Shown here: positions 20,601 to 29,600 of the stretch, one piece after another
How the letters are laid out: the number at the start of each line of letters is the position of its first letter
Position numbering within the stretch: the stretch's first letter is position 1
Source: Gammaproteobacteria bacterium
GTDB lineage: Bacteria; Pseudomonadota; Gammaproteobacteria; JABABF01
NCBI GenBank assembly: GCA_965237805.1
Contig: OZ250153.1
Coordinates: 1,588,382-1,652,381, forward strand
Length of the DNA: 64,000 nucleotides
Direction: 5' to 3'
Made by a program: the position numbers and the translations under genes
Notes under the pieces: model-generated
The model's database searches: none
What the model was told of the DNA's origin: nothing
Seen by the model: the letters and a program-made list of their open reading frames with translations, nothing else

Positions 20601-23600
20601 TGAGCAGGGCGACGGATGCTGAGACAGTGACGCTGACGGTGGCGGCCGGTGGCTTGTCGGGCACGGCAGCTGTGGTGGTAGATGTGGTGGCGACGGTGCT
20701 GACGGTCGCGGCACCGGAGACGGTGGTGGCGGGCGCGAGCTTTGCGCTGACGGTGATGGGAGTCGATGCCGATAGCGCGACGGACACGGACTACAGCCTG
20801 TCGTCGACGGCCACGGTGACGGCTGCGGCGGGGACGCTATTGCCCGTGACGCGCACGCCGACAGGCAACGGCTTCGGCGGTCTGAGTCTGAGCGTGGTGA
20901 GCGACGGCGATGTGGTGACGCTGACGGTGACGGATGGCGTGCTGTCGTCTGCAGGCACGGCTGATGTGGAGGTGGATGTGGTGGCGACGGAGCTGACGGT
21001 CGCGGCACCGGCGATGGTGGTGGCGGGCGCGAGCTTTGCGCTGACGGTGACGGGAGTCGATGCCGATAGCGCGACGGACACGGACTACAGCCTGTCGTCG
21101 ACGGCCACGGTGACGGCTTCGGCGGGGACGCTATTGCCCGTGACGCGCACGCCGACAGGCAACGGCTTCGTCGGTCTGAGTCTGAGCGTGGTGAGCGATG
21201 GCGATGTGGTGACGCTGACGGTGACGGATGGCGTGCTGTCGTCTGCAGACACGGCTGATGTGGAGGTGGATGTGGTGGCGACGGTGCTGGCGCTGAGCGC
21301 CTCAGTGGAGCCGGTGTTATCTGATCGCAGCTTCCTGCTGACGGTTGCTGGGGTGGATGCGGATGGCGCGACTGATACGGGCTACAGCCTGTCGGCGACG
21401 GCCACGGTGACGGCGTCGGCGGGGACGCTGGTAGAGGCTTCGCGCGCGGGGCAGGTCATTGGCCTGAGTTTGAGTGGCTTGGCCGCTGGCTCGACGGCAC
21501 TGCTGACGGTGATCGACGATGGCTTGGAGGGTCAGCTCGAGCTGACAGTGGCGGCGGTGGCGGTGGTCTCCTTGGATGTGGCTGCACCTGAGACGGTGGT
21601 GTCTGGGGCGGCGTTCACGGTGACAGTGACGGCCCGTGATGCCAATGCTGTGGTGATTTCGGATGCGGATCTGTCGGCGGCGACGGCGGCTGTGTCGGTC
21701 GGGACGCTGTCGGAGTTCTCGCTGAGCGGGAACAACACACTGAGTATGGAGTTGCGAGCTGTGCCGGACGACACGACATCGACGCTGACGGTGAGTTTGG
21801 GCTCAGTCAGCAGTGCGGACACGGTGACGGTGAATGTGGTGGCGACGGCGCTGTCGGTAGCGGCACCGGCGACGGTGGTGTCGGGTCAGCTCTTCATGCT
21901 GACGGTGACGGGAGTCGATGCGGATGACGCGACGGACACGGGCCACAGCCTGTCGACGGCGACGGTGTCGGCTGCGCCGGGGGCGATCGCGGATCTGAGT
22001 CAGAGGGGCAACGAGTTGAGTGTGAGTGTGAGCGGGGCGACGGATGCTGAGACAGTGACGCTGACGGTGGCGGCCGGTGGCTTGTCGGGCACGGCAGCTG
22101 TGGTGGTAGATGTGGTGGCGACGGTGCTGAGGCTGGAGCCCTCGCAGGATCCGGTCAATGGGGGCTCGCCCTTCACGCTGACGGTGACGGGAGTCGATGC
22201 GGATGACGCGACGGACACGGACTACAGCCTGTCGGCGACGGCCACGGTGACGGCTTCGGCGGGGACGCTGGTGGAGGATTCGCGGACGACGGCGGGCTTT
22301 GAGCTGAATTTGAGCGGGGTGGGCGATGGCACGCTAGTGACGCTGACGGTGACGGATGGCGCTTTGTCGAACACGCTGGATGTGACGGTGCAGGCGGCGG
22401 CGGCATCCTTGCTGGTGGCTGCACCGGCGACGGTGGTGTCTGGCGCTGACTTCACGGTGCAGTTGACGGCTTTGGACGCTGGGGACAACGTCATTCCAAA
22501 CCACAATCTATCGGCGGCGCAGGCCACCGCCTCGGTGGGGAATCTGATCTTGGTCTCGCAGACGACGGACACGCTGACTCTACAGTTGCGCGGTGTGTCG
22601 GATAGTGCATCGGCGGTTTTGACAGTGATGGAGGGGTCCGCCAGCGGCACTGACACGGTGGCGGTGGATGTGGTGGCGACGGCGCTGTCGGTCTCGGCAC
22701 CGGAGACGGTGGTGTCGGGCGCGAGCTTTGCGCTGACGGTGACGGGAGTCGATGCGGATGACGCGACGGACACGGGCTACAGCCTGTCGACGGCGACGGT
22801 GTCGGCTGCGCCGGGGGCGATCGCGGATCTGAGTCAGATGGGCAACGAGTTGAGTGTGAGTGTGAGCGGGGTGACGGACGGTGCGACAGCGACGCTGACG
22901 GTGGCGGCCGATGGCTTGTCGGGTACGGCAGCTGTGGCGGTGAATGTGGAGGCGACGGCGCTGACGGTCTCGGCACCAGAGACGGTGGTGTCGGGCACGT
23001 CCTTCACGCTGACGGTGACGGGAGTCAATTCAGCTGACGAGACGGACACGGACTACAGCCTGTCGAATGTGACGGTGACGGCCTCGACAGGGATGCTGAC
23101 GACGGTGCAGACCAGCACCGGCTTCGAGCTGAGACTGAGCGGGTTGGCGGACGGCACGATGGTGACGCTGACGGCGACGGATAGCGTGCTGTCGTCTGCA
23201 GACACGGCTGATGTGGTGGTGAATGTGGAGGCGACGGCGCTGACGGTCTCGGCACCGGAGACGGTGGTGTCGGGCACGTCCTTCACGCTGACGGTGACGG
23301 GAGTCAATTCAGCTGACGAGACGGACACGGACTACAGCCTGTCGAATGTGACGGTGACGGCCTCGACAGGGATGCTGACGACGGTGCAGACCAGCACCGG
23401 CTTCGAGCTGAGACTGAGCGGGTTGGCGGACGGCACGATGGTGACGCTGACGGCGACGGATAGCGTGCTGTCGTCTGCAGACACGGCTGCTGTGGCGGTG
23501 AATGTGGTGGCGACGGCGCTGACGGTATCGGCACCGGCGACGGTGGTGTCGGGTGCGAGCTTTGCGCTGACGGTGATGGGAGTCGATGCAGCTGGCGCGA

Positions 23601-26600
23601 CGGACACGGGCTACAGCCTGTCGAATGTGACGGTGACGGCCTCGTCGGGGACGATCTCGGGTCAAAGTCAGACCAGCACCGGCTTCGAGCTGAGTCTGAG
23701 CGGGGTGGCGGACGGCACGATGGTGACACTGACGGCGACGGATAGCGTGCTGTCGTCTGCAGACACGGTGGCTGTGGCGGTGAATGTGGTGGCGACGGCG
23801 CTGACGGTATCGGCACTGGCGACGGTGGTGTCGGGCGCGAGCTTTGCGCTGACGGTGACGGGAGTCGATGCAGCTGGCGCGACGGACACGGGCTACAGCC
23901 TGTCGAATGTGACGGTGACGGCCTCGACCGGGACGCTGACGACGGCGCAGACCAGCACTGGCTTCGAGCTGAGTCTGAGCGGGTTGGCTGACGGCACGAT
24001 GGTGACACTGACGGCGACGGATAGCGTGCTGTCGTCTGCAGACACGGCTGATGTGACGGTGGATGTGGTGGCGACGGCGCTGACGGTGTCGGCACCGGCG
24101 ACGGTGGTGTCGGGTGCGAGCTTTGCGCTGACAGTGACGGGAGTCGATGCAGCTGGCGCGACGGACACGGGCTACAGCCTGTCGAATGTGACGGTGACGG
24201 CCTCGTCGGGGACGATTTCGGGTCAAAGTCAGACCAGCACTGGCTTCGAGCTGAGTCTGAGCGGGGTGGCGGACGGCACGATGGTGACACTGACAGCGAC
24301 GGATAGCGTGCTGTCGTCTGCAGACACGGTGGCTGTGGCGGTGAATGTGGTGGCGACGGCGCTGACGGTATCGGCACTGGCGACGGTGGTGTCGGGCGCG
24401 AGCTTTGCGCTGACGGTGACGGGAGTCGATGCAGCTGGCGCGACGGACACGGGCTACAGCCTGTCGAATGTGACGGTGACGGCCTCGACCGGGACGCTGA
24501 CGACGGCGCAGACCAGCACTGGCTTCGAGCTGAGTCTGAGCGGGTTGGCTGACGGCACGATGGTGACACTGACGGCGACGGATAGTGTGCTGTCGTCTGC
24601 AGACACGGCTGATGTGACGGTGGATGTGGTGGCGACGGCGCTGACGGTGTCGGCACCGGCGACGGTGATGTCGGGTGCGAGCTTTGCGCTGACGGTGACG
24701 GGCGTCGATGCAGCTGGCGCGACGGACACGGGCTACAGCCTGTCGAATGTGACGGTGACGGCCTCGTCGGGGACGATTTCGGGTCAAAGTCAGACCAGCA
24801 CCGGCTTCGAGCTGAGACTGAGCGGGTTGGCGGACGGCACGATGGTGACACTGACGGCGACGGATAGCGTGCTGTCGTCTGCAGACACGGCTGATGTGAC
24901 GGTGGATGTGGTGGCGACGGCGCTGACGGTATCGGCACCGGCGACGGTGGTGTCGGGCGCGAGCTTTGCGCTGACGGTGACGGGCGTCGATGCAGCTGGC
25001 GCGACGGACACGGGCTACAGCCTGTCGAATGTGACGGTGACGGCCTCGTCGGGGACGATCTCGGGTCAAAGTCAGACCAGCACCGGCTTCGAGCTGAGTC
25101 TGAGCGGGGTGGCGGACGGCACGATGGTGACACTGACGGCGACGGATAGCGTGCTGTCGTCTGCAGACACGGTGGATGTGGCGGTGAATGTGGTGGCGAC
25201 GGCGCTGACGGTCTCGGCACCGGCGACGGTGGTGTCGGGTGCGAGCTTTGCGCTGACGGTGACGGGAGTCGATGCAGCTGGCGCGACTGACACGGGCTAC
25301 AGCCTGTCGAATGTGACGGTGACGGCCTCGACCGGGATGCTGACGACGGCGCAGACCAGCACTGGCTTCGAGCTGAGTCTGAGCGGGTTGGCTGACGGCA
25401 CGATGGTGACACTGACGGCGACGGATAGTGTGCTGTCGTCTGCAGACACGGCAGCTGTGACGGTGGATGTGGTGGCGACGGCGCTGACGGTATCGGCACC
25501 GGCGACGGTGGTGTCGGGTGCGAGCTTTGCGCTGACGGTGACGGGCGTCGATGCAGCTGGCGCGACGGACACGGGCTACAGCCTGTCGAATGTGACGGTG
25601 ACGGCCTCGTCGGGGACGATTTCGGGTCAAAGTCAGACCAGCACCGGCTTCGAGCTGAGTCTGAGCGGGGTGACTGATGGCACGATGGTGACACTGACGG
25701 CGACGGATAGCGTGCTGTCGGCTGCAGACACGGTGGATGTGGCGGTGAATGTGGTGGCGACGGCGCTGACGGTATCGGCACCGGCGACGGTGGTGTCGGG
25801 CGCGAGCTTTGCGCTGACGGTGACGGGCGTCGATGCAGCTGGCGCGACGGACACGGGCTACAGCCTGTCGAATGTGACGGTGACGGCCTCGACCGGGACG
25901 CTGACGACGGCGCAGACCAGCACTGGCTTCGAGCTGAGTCTGAGCGGGTTGGCTGACGGCACGATGGTGACACTGACGGCGACGGATAGTGTGCTGTCGT
26001 CTGCAGACACGGCTGATGTGACGGTGGATGTGGTGGCGACGGCGCTGACGGTCTCGGCACCGGCGACGGTGGTGTCGGGTGCGAGCTTTGCGCTGACAGT
26101 GACGGGAGTCGATGCAGCTGGCGCGACGGACACGGGCTACAGCCTGTCGAATGTGACGGTGACGGCCTCGTCGGGGACGATTTCGGGTCAAAGTCAGACC
26201 AGCACCGGCTTCGAGCTGAGTCTGAGCGGGTTGGCGGACGGCACGATGGTGACACTGACGGCGACGGATAGCGTGCTGTCGTCTGCAGACACGGCTGATG
26301 TGACGGTGGATGTGGTGGCGACGGCGCTGACGGTGTCGGCACCGGCGACGGTGGTGTCGGGTGCGAGCTTTGCGCTGACAGTGACGGGAGTCGATGCAGC
26401 TGGCGCGACGGACACGGGCTACAGCCTGTCGAATGTGACGGTGACGGCCTCGTCGGGGACGATTTCGGGTCAAAGTCAGACCAGCACCGGCTTCGAGCTG
26501 AGTCTGAGCGGGTTGGCGGACGGCACGATGGTGACACTGACGGCGACGGATAGCGTGCTGTCGTCTGCAGACACGGCTGATGTGACGGTGGATGTGGTGG

Positions 26601-29600
26601 CGACGGCGCTGACGGTGTCGGCACCGGCGACGGTGGTGTCGGGTGCGAGCTTTGCGCTGACAGTGACGGGCGTCGATGCAGCTGGCGCGACGGACACGGG
26701 CTACAGCCTGTCGAATGTGACGGTGACGGCCTCGTCGGGGACGATCTCGGGTCAAAGTCAGACCAGCACCGGCTTCGAGCTGAGTCTGAGCGGGGTGACG
26801 GACGGCACGATGGTGACGCTGACGGCGACGGATAGTGTGCTGTCGTCCGCAGACACGGCTGATGTGGTGGTGAATGTGGAGGCGACGGCGCTGACGGTCT
26901 CGGCACCGGCGACGGTGGTGTCGGGCACGTCCTTCACGCTGACGGTGACGGGAGTCAATTCAGCTGACGAGACGGACACGGACTACAGCCTGTCGAATGT
27001 GACGGTGACGGCCTCGACCGGGATGCTGACGACGGCGCAGACCAGCACCGGCTTCGAGCTGAGACTGAGCGGGTTGGCGGACGGCACGATGGTGACGCTG
27101 ACGGCGACGGATAGCGTGCTGTCGTCTGCAGACACGGCAGCTGTGACGGTGGATGTGGTGGCGACAGCGCTGACGGTCTCGGCACCGGCGACGGTGACGT
27201 CGGGCGTGATCTTTGCGCTGACGGTGACGGGCGTCGATGCAGCTGGCGAGACGGACACGGACTACAGCCTGTCGAATGTGACGGTGACGGCCTCGACAGG
27301 GATGCTGACGACGGCGCAGACAAGCACCGGCTTCGAGCTGAGACTGAGCGGGTTGGCGGACGGCACGATGGTGACGCTGACGGCGACGGATAGCGTGCTG
27401 GTGTCTACAGACATGGTGGATGTGACGGTGCAGGCGGCGGCGGCATCCTTGCTGGTGGATGCACCGGCGACGGTGGTGTCTGGCGCTGACTTCACGGTGC
27501 AGTTGACGGCTTTGGACGCTGGGGACAACGTCATTCCAAGCCATGATCTATCAGCGGCGACGGCCACCGTCTCGGTGGGGACTCTGAGCTTGGTCTCGCG
27601 GACGGCGGACACGCTGACTCTACAGTTGCGCGGTGTGTCAGATAGTGAATCGGCGATTTTGACAGTGATGGAGGGTGACGCCATCGGCACTGACACGGTG
27701 ACGGTGAATGTGGTCGCCACGGCGCTGTCACTGGTGAGCAATGTGGCAGAGATAACGGCAGGGGCGCAGACAGGCGTCACCGTCACTGGCATCGACGCTG
27801 ATGGCGCGATGGACACGGGCTACAGCCTGTCATTGGCACCCCAGATCACGGCCTCGATGGGCGTGACGGTCACTGGTATTACGGTATTCCCCACCGGTAG
27901 TGGTAGCCACCTCGTGCAATTCACCCTGTCGGGTGCGCCAGATGGCAGCGAATTGTTGCTGACGATGACGGCTACCCCTCAGAATGGTGGGCTGGTCGGC
28001 AGTACATCCGTGACTTTGAATGTGGTGGCGACGGCGCTGAGGCTATCGGCACCGGCGACGGTGGTGTCGGGCACGACAGCCACGCTGACGGTGACGGGAG
28101 TCGATGCAGCTGGCGCGACGGACACGGGCTACAGCCTGTCGAATGTGACGGTGACGGCCTCGACCGGGACGCTGACGACGGCGCAGACAAGCACTGGCTT
28201 CGAGCTGCGTCTGAGCGGCTTGGCGGATGGCACGATGGTGACGCTGACGGCGACGGATAGTGTGCTGCTGTCTGCAGACACGGTGGCTGTGACGGTGGAT
28301 GTGGTGGCGACGGCGCTGACGGTATCGGCACCGGCGACGGTGGTGTCGGGCCAGCTCTTCACGCTGACGGTGACGGGAGTCGATGCCGATGGCGCGACGG
28401 ACACGGACTACAGCCTGTCGACGGCCACGGTGACGGCTTCGGCGGGGGCGCTGGTGGAAGAGTCGAGCACGGCGAGCAGTATTGATCTGCGTTTGAGCGA
28501 GGTGTCCGACGGCGCTGATGTGACGCTGACGGTGACGGATGGCAGCGTGTCGGGCACGGCTGAGGTGGCGGTGGATGTGGTGGCGACGGCGCTGTCGCTG
28601 AGTGCCTCAGTGGATCCGGTAGTTTCCGGCCAGCTCTTCACGCTGACGGTGACGGGAGTCGATGCCGATGGCGCGACGGACACGGGCCACAGCCTGTCGT
28701 CGACGGCAACGGTGACGGTTTCGGCGGGGACGATCGCGGATTTCAGTCAGACGGGCAACGAGTTGAGCTTGAGTCTGAGCGGTGTGACGGACGGTGCGAC
28801 AGCGACGCTGACGGTGGCGGCCGATGGCTTGTCGGGCACGGTGGCTGTGACGGTAGATGTGGTGGCGACGGCGCTGAGGCTGAGCGCCTCAGTGGAGCCG
28901 GTGTTATCTGATCGCAGCTTCCTGCTGACGGTTGCTGGGGTCGATGCGGATGACGCGACGGACACGGGCTACAGCCTGTCGGCGTCGGCCACGGTGACGG
29001 CGTCGGCGGGGACGCTGGTAGAGGCTTCGCGCGCGGGGCAGGTCATTGGCCTGAGTTTGAGTGGCTTGGCCGCTGGCTCGACGGCAACGGTGACGGTGAT
29101 CGACGATGGCTTGGAGGGTGAGCTCGAGCTGACAGTGGCGGCGGTGGCGGTGGTCTCCTTGGATGTGGCTGCACCTGAGACGGTGGTGTCTGGGGCGGCG
29201 TTCACGGTGACAGTGACGGCCCGCGATGCCAATGCTGTGGTGATTTCGGATGCGGATCTGTCGGCGGTGACGGCGGCTGTGTCGGTCGGGACGCTGTCGG
29301 CGTTCTCGCTGAGCGGGAACAACACACTGAGTATGGAGTTGCGAGCTGTGCCGGACGACACGACATCGACGCTGACGGTGAGTTTGGGCTCAGTCAGCAG
29401 TGCGGACACGGTGACGGTGGATGTGGTGGCGACAGCGCTGACGGTAGCGGCACCGGCGACAGTGGTGTCGGGCCAGTCCTTCACGCTGACGGTGACGGGA
29501 GTCGATGCGGATGGCGCGACGGACACGGGCTACAGCCTGTCGACGGCCACGGTGACGGCTTCGGCGGGGACGCTGGTGGAGGAGTCGAGCACGGCGACCA

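Noticed and set aside
23304-26906. Very long minus-strand ORFs (1200 aa and 1148 aa, plus 23309..26755) and the ladder of ~84-aa MKHSPSALSPPHSP... ORFs every 282 bp through 9.7-30 kb
   Set aside because: They are antisense to the Ig-repeat frame, consist of P/S/R/H-rich low-complexity sequence, and repeat only because the sense strand repeats. Stop-free antisense frames are expected in GC-rich GTN/ACN-rich coding DNA.
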